A stretch of DNA of 64,000 nucleotides from Alphaproteobacteria bacterium (GTDB lineage: Bacteria; Planctomycetota; Phycisphaerae; UBA1845). The position numbers and the translations under genes were made by a program. Within the stretch, counting starts at the first letter, position 1. The number at the start of each line of letters is the position of its first letter. Positions 19,261 to 28,573 of this stretch are shown here, in pieces. The stretch spans positions 3,408-67,407 of the forward strand of contig JANQQE010000007.1 of the NCBI GenBank assembly GCA_028285105.1, given 5' to 3'. The notes beneath the pieces were generated by a model. The model was not told the origin of the DNA and made no database searches. It saw only the letters and a program-made list of their open reading frames with translations.

Positions 19261-19547
19261 GCGAATCCCATTGCGCTTGCCCCAGAGTCTTCGGGCAAGT
19301 CCCAAGTTATCAGACGCTGCATCCGTTGCCAAAACACAACATCGACCGTGGCTTGGCGTTTGAAGTTTGAAACAGAACGCATCACCGCGCGGCGACAGGT
19401 TTTTGACCCACGACTGATAATAGCACGCCCCACCGAGTCACAGGCCGCCAGGAGACCCCATCTCGAACCCTTGATCGGCGACCTGCTGTCTTGGCACAAT
19501 GGATGCATCGTTGAAATTCACAGGATTGATCGAATCGGAAACTGCAC

Positions 19548-19856
19548 ATGAGAATGCAACTGGCCAGTCTGGCGCTGTTATTTTTGGCGGGCATGGGCTG
19601 CGCCTCTACGGATACTTACTTGCCGCCGCTGGCGACAATTCATCCGAACGTCATGTTCGATCCGAATCCCAACCCCGCTTTCGCCGATTTGGGCAACGTC
19701 CGAAGCGACTGGCCCAGCACCGACGGATACTATGCTAATCCGGAAAAACTGCGATATCGCGAGCGAATCTACGACATTCAGGGCAACATGTTTCGGAACT
19801 ACAACTTCCCGATCCGCCGATTTCAGCTGACCCGCGAGGGATCGGCCATTCGGTAG
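19548..19856 (+). CDS. Small hypothetical lipoprotein
   Basis: MRMQLASLALLFLAGMGCAS is a lipobox. 102 aa, no family recognised. Confidence 0.55.
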   Translation: MRMQLASLALLFLAGMGCASTDTYLPPLATIHPNVMFDPNPNPAFADLGNVRSDWPSTDGYYANPEKLRYRERIYDIQGNMFRNYNFPIRRFQLTREGSAIR

Positions 19857-19995
19857 CGGATCGCCATGTGATTTTACGAAAATCAACCCACCGAAACCGG
19901 CGGTTTTTGACCCACAGGGGCATCATTTCAGGGTTCGAAATCCACCTCAAATTCGCCGGTTCCAGAGCCGATTCCGGGGTGGCTGTGAAATCTGC

Positions 19996-20024
19996 TTGAT
20001 GCCGTAACCACTTTGTCGTAGTAT
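19996..20024 (+). promoter_or_regulatory. Candidate sigma-70-type promoter upstream of the HU/IHF gene
   Basis: TTGATG (19996-20001), a 17-nt spacer, then TAGTAT (20019-20024), about 155 nt upstream of ATG 20180. This is a pattern match only, and promoter rules in this lineage are poorly defined. Confidence 0.3.
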
Positions 20025-20179
20025 GACTTGCGCGAATTCACATGGCGATTACTCATTGATTTTAGCGTTTGATTTTTCCGGTCGCGTCTGACCAAAATGG
20101 AGGATGCGTCGGCTTTGTTGTGGCGTCTGGATTTTGGGAGACGTCGGTTGATTCAAGCCACCGGAAGTTGGAGCAAACG

Positions 20180-20539
20180 ATGGCCACGGTAACCAAGAAA
20201 GAACTAATTGATCGAATTGCTGAGGACACCGGTGCAAAACGGGTCCTGGTCAAGCGGATTGTGCAGGGATTCCTCGACAACATCATCGACGAGCTGGGTA
20301 ACGGTAACCGCTTGGAATTCAGAGACTTCGGTGTCTTTGAGTGCAAGATTCGAGCTGCCCGTCGTGCCCAGAATCCAAAGACGCTCGAACCGGTGGATGT
20401 CGCCGCCAAGCGTACGGTGAAGTTCAAGATTGGCCGGCTGATGAAAGAGAGACTCGTCGGCGACGGTTCCGCACCACCGGATGTCCTCGATGCCGTTGCT
20501 CCCCAGGCGTCCGGATCCAACCCTTCACACGAAGTCTAA
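20180..20539 (+). CDS. HU/IHF family DNA-binding protein with a short C-terminal tail
   Basis: ORF 20069..20539 trimmed to ATG 20180. MATVTKKELIDRIAEDTGAKRVLVKRIVQGFLDNIIDELGNGNRLEFRDFGVFECKIRAARRAQNPKTLEPVDVAAKRTVKFKIG is canonical HU/IHF. Confidence 0.85.
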   Translation: MATVTKKELIDRIAEDTGAKRVLVKRIVQGFLDNIIDELGNGNRLEFRDFGVFECKIRAARRAQNPKTLEPVDVAAKRTVKFKIGRLMKERLVGDGSAPPDVLDAVAPQASGSNPSHEV

Positions 20540-20615
20540 CCGTACTTGAAAGACTGATGTTGCAGATCAGATGGTTGCCCATCGCTGTTGTGATTTCGCT
20601 TAAGGTTGGCGGACC

Positions 20616-21443
20616 ATGACGCCCACCTTCGACCAACACCTCCACTCCTGGAACTCATTCGATTGTCAAACCGCACCGTTGGAAAACGTCCGGCGGGCGC
20701 TCGATGTCGGTTTGGCGGGCCTGAGTTTCACGGAACATTTCGATACGCATCCGGCGGAATGGGATGGATGCGTTTATGACGATTTGAAAATCGAGCGCGA
20801 AATCGGCGAACTTCGCGAACAATTCGGCGATCGAATATTTATCGGGAAAGGAATTGAGGTCTGCTATCAACCCGAACGGATGGATTTCATTCTTGAATTC
20901 CTGGAGGCTCACACCTTTGACGTCGTGCTTCTGAGTGTCCACTGGGCGGCTGGTCGTGCGGTCCATTTGAAAGATCAATTCAAAGGCATGTCTTGCGATG
21001 CGTATCTTCGCTTTTATCTGGAAGCGGTTCGCGATTGCACGGAACAACTTGTGCAGATGAAACGCAATGGGCATCAACCGTTTCGGATTCTCGGACATCT
21101 CGATTATGCGAAGCGGTCGGCTTCTCGATTCTTTGGATTTGACGGCCAACTCGACGAACCAAAGTTACTCGACGAAATCTTGCGCAACTGTCTTGAAGCA
21201 AACATCATTCCTGAGATCAATACGTCAACGCTTCGGCAAAACTTGTCGTCATCGATGCCGGGGATCGAAGTTGTTCAGCATTATGCCGAACTTGGCGGAA
21301 CGATGATGTCGTTCGGTTCGGACGCTCATCGCGCGGAAGATATCGGCGCAGGTGCGGAGCATGCGATTGGATTGATGAAAGAAGCCGGTCTGACGCACTT
21401 GGCCAACTTTGAAGGCGGCGAGCTTTGTGCCACTGCATTGTGA
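20616..21443 (+). CDS. PHP-family histidinol-phosphatase-like hydrolase
   Basis: The sequence FDQHLHSWNSFDC...LSFTEHFD...LLSVHW...LGHLDY...FGSDAHRAEDIG shows the PHP metal-ligand His/Asp pattern of HisJ/HisK-type phosphatases. Confidence 0.8.
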   Translation: MTPTFDQHLHSWNSFDCQTAPLENVRRALDVGLAGLSFTEHFDTHPAEWDGCVYDDLKIEREIGELREQFGDRIFIGKGIEVCYQPERMDFILEFLEAHTFDVVLLSVHWAAGRAVHLKDQFKGMSCDAYLRFYLEAVRDCTEQLVQMKRNGHQPFRILGHLDYAKRSASRFFGFDGQLDEPKLLDEILRNCLEANIIPEINTSTLRQNLSSSMPGIEVVQHYAELGGTMMSFGSDAHRAEDIGAGAEHAIGLMKEAGLTHLANFEGGELCATAL

Positions 21444-21524
21444 GCAGTGGTTTTTGGAAGTCGTCGCCAACGATTCGGCACTACTCAAAGAGCAGTGGCA
21501 CATGTATTGGTGATTTAAGCCTAG

Positions 21525-22439
21525 TTAATCGAATGCTGCGTGATTTCCTGGTGGAACCGGTGCGCGAGGGGCCTTTTCGATTTCGATGACCATTTTGCCT
21601 AAGCGCCATAGACGAACCGCGCCCGTCGATTCGGACACAGTGATCGCAATGCTTTTGGTTGATGCACTGATCGCAGCTGCCGATGCGTGGCGCGCTCCTA
21701 ACCCCTGCGGTAATTCCACACCGCTTGTATCCGGTCGAAGGGTCGTACCAGCCGAAACGATGACGCCGTTCCCTTTGATTAAGAATGCACCGTCGATCGC
21801 CGCGAACTCTTTGACTGTGTTGCGAAGTTTGACGTCGAGGATGTTGCGGTCCTTCTCGGCGTATCCACGAAACGGATTGATGATGTTCTGCTCGCTGTAT
21901 TTCTGAAGCTCGCGCATGTTGCCAATGACGAACAGCGCGCCGATCGGTTTGCCTTCGCGACCTTCGTTGGCCAATTCCAGCGCCATCGTCAGCACACGCT
22001 GAAACACAACCCTGCGAACGTTTTCGGTCAGCTTGGGTTGTCCGACCGAATCGAACAGCTCGTATTCCTTACCCACCTCCATCACGACCAGCGTGTCGAT
22101 CAATTTGCCAGCCACGCCGGTCATTGCGACGAACGTGTCGCCCGCATCGAGGACACGCTGACTGAGCGCCAGCACGGTGGCCATCTTAATCTGATCCATC
22201 CGCGTGAGTTGAAAGCTTGGCACTTCGAGTCGCACGATGCGCTTGTCTTCAATTGCTTCGGAATCCTCCGAACTGCCAAAAATGATGATACTGATCTGAG
22301 CGGGAACGACTTTCAGCAACTGGGCGATGTCAGGTATGGCATTGATGTGCGCGATGACGGCCTTCGCATTGACTTGCTTGGCCACAGCGCCGACGGATTC
22401 GACGATGGCCTTCGCATGATTCTGTTCCGATTCGCACAT
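21525..22439 (-). CDS. Diadenylate cyclase (DAC/DisA_N domain) with a pyruvate-kinase-C-like N-terminal domain
   Basis: The C-terminal half reads GALFVIGN...INPFRGY...AAIDGAFLIKGNGVIVSAGTTL...GLGARHASAAAISASTKSIAITVSESTGAVRLW (the DGA and RHxxA DAC motifs). No TM helices. The N-terminal 130 aa or so resembles the PK C-terminal alpha/beta domain. Confidence 0.85.
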   Translation of the reverse strand: MCESEQNHAKAIVESVGAVAKQVNAKAVIAHINAIPDIAQLLKVVPAQISIIIFGSSEDSEAIEDKRIVRLEVPSFQLTRMDQIKMATVLALSQRVLDAGDTFVAMTGVAGKLIDTLVVMEVGKEYELFDSVGQPKLTENVRRVVFQRVLTMALELANEGREGKPIGALFVIGNMRELQKYSEQNIINPFRGYAEKDRNILDVKLRNTVKEFAAIDGAFLIKGNGVIVSAGTTLRPDTSGVELPQGLGARHASAAAISASTKSIAITVSESTGAVRLWRLGKMVIEIEKAPRAPVPPGNHAAFD

Positions 22440-22492
22440 GAATGTCGGTCTCGCCGCCAGGTTTGTGACGCGTCGCTACGCGGATTATACTT

Positions 22493-24304
22493 GTGGTTAT
22501 GAAACTGATAACGCTCATCGCGACTTTCTGCCTCGTCGCGCATCCGGTGATGTTATCGGCGGATACGCCCTCGATGTCGAGCATGGAAGCCGAATATGAT
22601 CCGCTCGACGTCGGCCCCAGCGAGCAGCGCTTTCTTACCCAACTTATCCGCCGGACCATCGAAGCCCGAGTCGCCAACGATCCGCCTTATCGCCCCGAGT
22701 ACGTTCCACCCGCACTGATCGACACGAAATGCCAGATGGTCGTCATCCTTCGCATCGACGGATTCGCACGCGGCATCGGTGTTTCCCTCTTGAAACCGAT
22801 CGCCGATGCGGCGCAGGAAGCCGCCCTGGTCGCTCTCAGCAGCGCTCGCAGCAGCATTGGCGACGGGAGAACCTTTTTGCTCGACGAGGTACGCATCGAC
22901 GCGCAAGTGCTTGGCCGCACCAAGTCATTTCATTCCACGAAGGGTGGCTGGATGTCACTCGGAGCGCTGGAAAGTTTCATCGAACCGGGCCTCGATGGAA
23001 TCGGTCTCTTTCTCGACGGCGAGCGTCGCTGGTGTACGCCATCGGAAATCATCGCGCGCGGTGTCAGCATTCGGAAGGCAATCCAAACCCTGGGCAAGGA
23101 AATCACGTTGGACTCACGGTCGCTGAAACTGGCCAAGCTCTCCAAGTTTCGGACGTTGCACTGGTGGGAAAGCGAAGTGGGCGGTGATATCCAAACGCTG
23201 CGGCGCGGAATGGTTCATGTTCCTACTGAGCAGGTTTCGCGCGATGGACTCGATTCGGCCATTCAGCGCGTTGGCGATTATCTCGTTTATCGTCAGCGAC
23301 CTGATGGGAGATTCGCGTTTCGCTACGATCCAGCCGCAGACTCTTATGCGGCGATCGAAGATGAAGTCGCACAATCGGGAGCGATCTGGGCGCTGGCGTT
23401 TTACGCGAAGGATTCGGGCGCGTCGGCTGTCGAAGTTTCGTTACAGCGGGGCATTCGTGTGCGTCGCGAATTGATGTTTGACTTACCCGGTTTCAAGAAT
23501 GCAGCGTTTCTGCAAACGCCCGACATGAAGAATCAACTCGGCGCGACGGCACAGTTTTGCCTTGCCCTTGCCGATTCGCCGAATCCACAGTTAACAGCAG
23601 GCGATCGCGTGAAGCTTGCCAATGCGATCATGTGGCTTCAAAAGCCGTCGGGCGGATTCGTGACGACTTTTCCGCCTAATCAAAAACAAGAAAGTGAGGA
23701 CGTTGCACCCGGCCAAGCCGTTCTGGCGCTGGTGCGATGTTACGAATTAAACCCAACACAGGAATTGCTCGACGCAATCGACAAGGCGTTTCCGTATTAC
23801 CGTAGTCGATATGAGCAGGTTGGCGCGCCGGCGATGATTCCGTGGCACATGCAGGCATACGCTACGATGGCACAACTCACCAAGCAAAGCAAGTACAGCG
23901 ACTTCGTATTCAGGATGGCCGACCAAGTCTGCGATCATCAAATTGTCTCGAACGACCGCGATGCGAAAATGCTGGTGGGAGCCATCGCAGCGCCTGGCAT
24001 ACTACCAGCCAACGCCGCGACGGCTGCCTTTTTGAGCGGACTTGCCGATGCCGCCCAACTTGCAAAAGAAACCGGCGACTCGCAGCGTTTCGAGCGTTAT
24101 AGCAAGGCGTGTCGGTTGGCTGTACGATTCGTCATCCAATTGCAAATTCGCAAAGAGGAGTGTTTCTTCGTTCGCAGCCTGATCGATTCAGTCGATGGCA
24201 TACGCACGTCGCCGATGGATTGGCGCATTCGCATCGACAACTGCCAGCACGCCCTGATCGGTCTGATCAAGACCCGCCAACTACTGTTCGCTGATCCATC
24301 GTGA
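22493..24304 (+). CDS. Secreted protein: AMMECR1-like N-terminal region plus an alpha/alpha-toroid-like (prenyltransferase/terpene-cyclase-repeat-like) C-terminal region
   Basis: Signal peptide MVMKLITLIATFCLVAHPVMLSA. The segment FLTQLIRRTIEARV...KCQMVVILRIDGFARG looks AMMECR1-like. Repeated YLVYRQRPDGRF and WLQKPSGGF motifs suggest toroid repeats. The domain calls are weak. Confidence 0.55.
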   Translation: MVMKLITLIATFCLVAHPVMLSADTPSMSSMEAEYDPLDVGPSEQRFLTQLIRRTIEARVANDPPYRPEYVPPALIDTKCQMVVILRIDGFARGIGVSLLKPIADAAQEAALVALSSARSSIGDGRTFLLDEVRIDAQVLGRTKSFHSTKGGWMSLGALESFIEPGLDGIGLFLDGERRWCTPSEIIARGVSIRKAIQTLGKEITLDSRSLKLAKLSKFRTLHWWESEVGGDIQTLRRGMVHVPTEQVSRDGLDSAIQRVGDYLVYRQRPDGRFAFRYDPAADSYAAIEDEVAQSGAIWALAFYAKDSGASAVEVSLQRGIRVRRELMFDLPGFKNAAFLQTPDMKNQLGATAQFCLALADSPNPQLTAGDRVKLANAIMWLQKPSGGFVTTFPPNQKQESEDVAPGQAVLALVRCYELNPTQELLDAIDKAFPYYRSRYEQVGAPAMIPWHMQAYATMAQLTKQSKYSDFVFRMADQVCDHQIVSNDRDAKMLVGAIAAPGILPANAATAAFLSGLADAAQLAKETGDSQRFERYSKACRLAVRFVIQLQIRKEECFFVRSLIDSVDGIRTSPMDWRIRIDNCQHALIGLIKTRQLLFADPS

Positions 24305-26352
24305 CCGAATCCGCGAAATCACCGACGGTTCGACTGCTCAAGTCGCCTACCGTACCCATCGCGATCGCGTATGTGCTTTTGGTGTGCGGAATGATCGCGT
24401 CGAAAGCGTCGTTTGCTTTGCTGATCTGGATGTTCGATGGCGTTTTCTCGGCGCTCATGCTTGCAACCGCGACGTGCGCCGGTCTGGGTTTGCTGCGCCT
24501 GTTTCGGCTTGGTGCCATACAATGGCACTTTCAGATTGCAATGGCCGCTGGTCTGGGTATCGGGTGGCTTGCGCTATTGACTATGACTCTTGGCGTCTGC
24601 GGTTGGATCGGCCCGCAACATCGCTACGTGCTGCCCGGTGTTATTCTATTGAGCGGTGCAGTTGGTTTTCTCTGTCGATCGCCCATCGCTCGGGAGTACG
24701 CTGCTGATGCAACGAAGAGTTGGGTGCGATGGCTCGTCCTTGCGACGACCCCCATCGCTGCACTCATCGTTCTTGGCGCGACACTTCCCCCGGGGATCGC
24801 CTGGCAGGAAGAAGGTCACGGGTACGATGTTCTTGAGTATCATCTGCAAACCCCCAAAGAATACTTCAACAACGGCGTCATCGAATACCTGCCACACAAT
24901 GTTTACGCATCGTTTCCTGCCAACGCGGAAATGCTGTTTCTCTTTGGCAATCAACTCCTGGGCGAAACGATCGACGCCTGGCCGATCGCCAAATGTCTCA
25001 ATGCCTTAATCGTGTTGCTGATTCCGTTGGCTGCTTACGCCATCGGTCGGCGAACATCGGTTGGATGCGGAACGTCTGCCGCCGTCGTTGCAGGGACTTC
25101 CGGCTGGCTCGCGTACCTCGGCGGGATTGCGTATGTCGAAGGTGGCATGTTGCTGATGGGGTTGCTTTCTGCGGGTTGTTTTATTGCCGCAATGGAAAGC
25201 GATGATCGAAACATTGCGTTGCGTTGGATCGCACTGTCCGGCGTGTTTGCCGGTGTCGCGTGCGGATTCAAGTATACGGCTGTTGTTTTTATCGCGATTC
25301 CCATCTTTGCAATGACGTGCTTTGTCTCCAAGCAATCCGCCCCGAAGCGGATTCGATCGGGACTCGCATTTGCGTTGGGATGTGGGCTGACGTTCGCGCC
25401 CTGGCTGATCAAGAACGCGGTGATGACAGGCAATCCGGTATTCCCACTGCTGGGCTCGTGGTTCGATAGCGAGATTCCCGGTTGGGGTGAGGCGGAGAGC
25501 GCTCACTTCGATGCGTCGCACGAACCGCTTTCCGATGAGCAATCGTTTTCGCAACGTGCGAGTCTAATTTGGACTCGGATCGTCGCCGACCCCGACCATC
25601 GATTTGGGACGGTGATGTTGGCGCTTGCGATATTGGCTTGGCTGAAACACCGCACGCGCGTCGATGCCGCGCTGACGCTGATGTTGCTGTTTCAACTTCT
25701 GGCATGGTTATTTGTCACGCACCTTTACGCCCGCTTTGCCGTACCGATGCTAATTCCATTGATCCTGCTCGCGGCGCGCGGGGCGATCAGCCGCTGCCGG
25801 TCTTTGACGAGTCCGTTCGCGGTTGTGCTGGTGATGGGGGCTGTGTTGAATTCGTTTTTTGCGTACCAAATGTACGCAAGGCACACGCAGAATGATGCGG
25901 GCGTGCGGTATAACCTGGAAGGCGCGACGCATGCATTTACCGAGGGGTTGCTTGACGGACAAGCGCATGTTGGATTCATCAATGCCGAGCTACCTGAAGA
26001 TGTGAACGTCCTCATGGTTGGCGATGCCCGACCGTTCTATCTGAAACGGCGCAACGACTACTGCGTTGTGTTTAATCGCAATCCGTTTGCCGAAATCGCT
26101 GAGGAGGCGGAGAGCCCGGCGACAATCCTCGATTGGCTCCGCGAACACGGGTACACGCACGTGCTGGTTCATTACGGCGAGATGCGGCGGTTGCGGGATA
26201 CGTATGGGTTCTGGGAATCGGTCACGCCGAGTTTGTTCTTGCAACTCGTTGATGCCGGGTTGAAAGAGGTAACTCAGTCTACCTATGACAACGGCGGTAA
26301 CGCATATGCAGTATTGTTTGAAGTGCCCACGTCAAGAAAAACGGATACTTGA
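24301..26352 (+). CDS. Polytopic membrane protein, GT-C (ArnT/PMT-like) glycosyltransferase candidate
   Basis: The GTG start overlaps the upstream stop (GTGA), so the two genes are translationally coupled. It has 12 or more hydrophobic helices, a first-loop acidic motif GHGYDVLEYH, and a soluble C-terminal domain. Confidence 0.6.
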   Translation: MTESAKSPTVRLLKSPTVPIAIAYVLLVCGMIASKASFALLIWMFDGVFSALMLATATCAGLGLLRLFRLGAIQWHFQIAMAAGLGIGWLALLTMTLGVCGWIGPQHRYVLPGVILLSGAVGFLCRSPIAREYAADATKSWVRWLVLATTPIAALIVLGATLPPGIAWQEEGHGYDVLEYHLQTPKEYFNNGVIEYLPHNVYASFPANAEMLFLFGNQLLGETIDAWPIAKCLNALIVLLIPLAAYAIGRRTSVGCGTSAAVVAGTSGWLAYLGGIAYVEGGMLLMGLLSAGCFIAAMESDDRNIALRWIALSGVFAGVACGFKYTAVVFIAIPIFAMTCFVSKQSAPKRIRSGLAFALGCGLTFAPWLIKNAVMTGNPVFPLLGSWFDSEIPGWGEAESAHFDASHEPLSDEQSFSQRASLIWTRIVADPDHRFGTVMLALAILAWLKHRTRVDAALTLMLLFQLLAWLFVTHLYARFAVPMLIPLILLAARGAISRCRSLTSPFAVVLVMGAVLNSFFAYQMYARHTQNDAGVRYNLEGATHAFTEGLLDGQAHVGFINAELPEDVNVLMVGDARPFYLKRRNDYCVVFNRNPFAEIAEEAESPATILDWLREHGYTHVLVHYGEMRRLRDTYGFWESVTPSLFLQLVDAGLKEVTQSTYDNGGNAYAVLFEVPTSRKTDT

Positions 26353-26645
26353 TCCGCCGAACAAACTCTAGAACAAACGCTTAGCATAAGGCAGACCTGG
26401 GGCTCCCAGACAGACACCAAGCTGACACCCAGCCGCTCCAATGGCCTTTTCATTTATGAAACACATTGCTCACATCCAAAGGTTCTCGTTAGGCTGCGAT
26501 CGTTCGGTCAGCGTTAACTACAAGTCGTTCGTCCAACCAGTTTTCGGATTTCCACAGATGAAGCATTGGATCAGTACCGGCTGTATTGTTATCGCATTGG
26601 TGAATTCCGGATGCGATCCGCAAACCGGCGGGCCGAATAACGGCG

Positions 26646-27173
26646 GTGGAGATGGCGGTATTGGAAATGGCGTTTCGGGTGGCTGCCAACGGTAGTTTCG
26701 ATCGCCTGACCCAATCGGTCAGGCCGTCGTCGGTGCCAGTCCTTTATGTCAACGCCGAGAAATTCCGCATCGGGTTTTTGATGATCTCCGAACCGACGCG
26801 CTCATACGACATCCCGCTGAATAATCTCGAACTTTTCACCGATCAGCCGAAATACATCGAGTACCTAAAGAACGACGCCATCCAACTCCACCAGGCGACG
26901 GCTGGCTTCTATCTCGCATCAAGAAGGATGGACAAAGTAGTAGCCAAAATCACCAAAGCCCCACCCGTACCGCTCCAAATGCTCCTAGCCGGCGAGGAAC
27001 GCATCATCGACAACGAGCGCTCAAGAGAATTGGTCAGGTCACTAAACTGGCCCCACACCAGCATGAGCACCTACGAAAGATCCCGCCACACTCTAGAGTT
27101 CGGCCCGCAGCAGGAGGAGTTCTTGAAGGATTTGATTGCTTGGGTGGGCGATCCTAAGACAGGTAAAATCTAG
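26646..27173 (+). pseudogene. C-terminal fragment of an alpha/beta-hydrolase (lysophospholipase/monoacylglycerol-lipase-like)
   Basis: Translation retains only the lid and C-terminal part (LHQATAGFYLASRRMD...PLQMLLAGEERIIDNERSRELV...RHTLEF, the catalytic Asp/His region). The N-terminal HG oxyanion and GxSxG nucleophile region are missing. An unrelated 45-aa lipoprotein-signal ORF lies upstream in another frame. Confidence 0.5.
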
Positions 27174-27452
27174 CAAGTTGACCTAGCCCAAGATTCCAAT
27201 CCCAGTCGCAAGATCACTCCTTGCATTCCCGTATTAGAGCGCAGCGAACTAGGCGGTATGACCTTCAGGCGAAGATGGCTTCAACTGAAAAGGAATTCAA
27301 CGTACGATTGACTTATGATTGGGCGACTTCTACTGTCCTCTCCGATTGAGGCTTTATATTCTACTATTCGGATTGATTGCGGCTGCCTCAATATGCTGCA
27401 GCCAGATATGGGTGACTGCGATCACTCGAAAAACTGACATGGAGAAGAATTT

Positions 27453-28196
27453 ATGGCAACGCAAGTTGATGGGTCGATTGCCCTTGTGACGGGCGCTAAC
27501 CGCGGTATCGGAAAAGAAATCGTTCGTAGTCTGATCGTTGCCGGCACAAAAAAAGTATACGCCGCTGTTCGTAAACCTGAATCAGCAAATGCATTGATTG
27601 ACGAATATGGCGATCGCGTCATGGCTCTCCGTTTTGACCTTACGGACGCGAAAACCATTCATGCCGCGGCGGAGCAGGCGGCTGATACCCAGATTCTGGT
27701 CTGCAACGCCGGTGTCCTTCAAACCGCAACCGTGTTCTCAGAACAGACATTTGACGCACTGGAGTTCGAGTTCGATTGCAACGTCAAGGGGCTCATTCGA
27801 ACCGCTCGGGCGTTTGCACCCGTCTTAAAGCGAAACGGCGGCGGGGCATTAGTTCAATTGAACTCCGTCGTGTCGATGAAGTGCTTTCCTGAGTTTACGA
27901 CTTATTGCGCGTCAAAGGCGGCGTCTTATGCTATCACGCAAGCGCTGAAGTTCCAGTTAGCCAAGCAGGGCACGGCAGTTCATAGTGTCCACCCCGGACC
28001 CATCGCAACCGACATGGGCGATGCTGCAGGCCTAACGCCGATTGCGGAGCCGGCTTCGCTGGTCGCAGAAGCGATCGTCGGGGCTCTTCAATCCGGCGAG
28101 TTCCACGTCTGGCCGGATTCTATGGCAAAGCAAATTGGCCAAGCGTTCTCAAGCTTTGCGACAAACGTCGTTGAAGTAGAAATGAGCGAAGGATAA
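27453..28196 (+). CDS. Short-chain dehydrogenase/reductase (SDR)
   Basis: [15 protein letters not shown] (TGxxxGxG), NAGV, and the YCASKAA catalytic YxxxK are present. A GGAG lies upstream. Confidence 0.9.
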   Translation: MATQVDGSIALVTGANRGIGKEIVRSLIVAGTKKVYAAVRKPESANALIDEYGDRVMALRFDLTDAKTIHAAAEQAADTQILVCNAGVLQTATVFSEQTFDALEFEFDCNVKGLIRTARAFAPVLKRNGGGALVQLNSVVSMKCFPEFTTYCASKAASYAITQALKFQLAKQGTAVHSVHPGPIATDMGDAAGLTPIAEPASLVAEAIVGALQSGEFHVWPDSMAKQIGQAFSSFATNVVEVEMSEG

Positions 28197-28573
28197 GTCG
28201 GTCGGCGACTTTGGATACTTCTGGTCTGGGCCTGCTCTTAATCGTAAACTCGGCGCTTTCCCGCAAAGCTCCGTCTCTCGTCTATGGCAGCACCACAAAC
28301 CAATTCAGGCTATGCACTTGGAGATTCAAAGATATTCAGCGGTGTAGTAGGTCACGGCTCGCCGCACCGGAATGTGCGCGTGCCCCATTGACCTGGTTAC
28401 GAAAATCCGCGGCCAACACAACCTGACTCTCAATGTGCGCGAAATGTCATCAGGCTATACAGTACTGTCAAGTCTCGCACGGGCCTCAAGCAGGCTTCTT
28501 CGGAAAAGACTTCCATCATATTCGTCCTCAGTCATAGTCAGATAGAACTCTAGCAGGTGCGGTGAACCGCACC

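Noticed and set aside
19888-19908. Possible terminator after the small lipoprotein gene (accgaaaccggcggttttt)
   Set aside because: The stem is only 4-5 bp, which is too weak to report as a feature.
26441-26695. 84-aa ORF; the inner 45-aa lipoprotein-signal ORF
   Set aside because: It consists only of a signal peptide and a Gly-rich stub and overlaps the hydrolase fragment. I treat it as part of a decay scar rather than a gene.
28556-28573. Perfect 7-bp hairpin GGTGCGG-tgaa-CCGCACC directly after the NhaC stop
   Set aside because: No T-tract follows on the minus strand, so I cannot support an intrinsic terminator call. It may still be a stabilising 3' stem.
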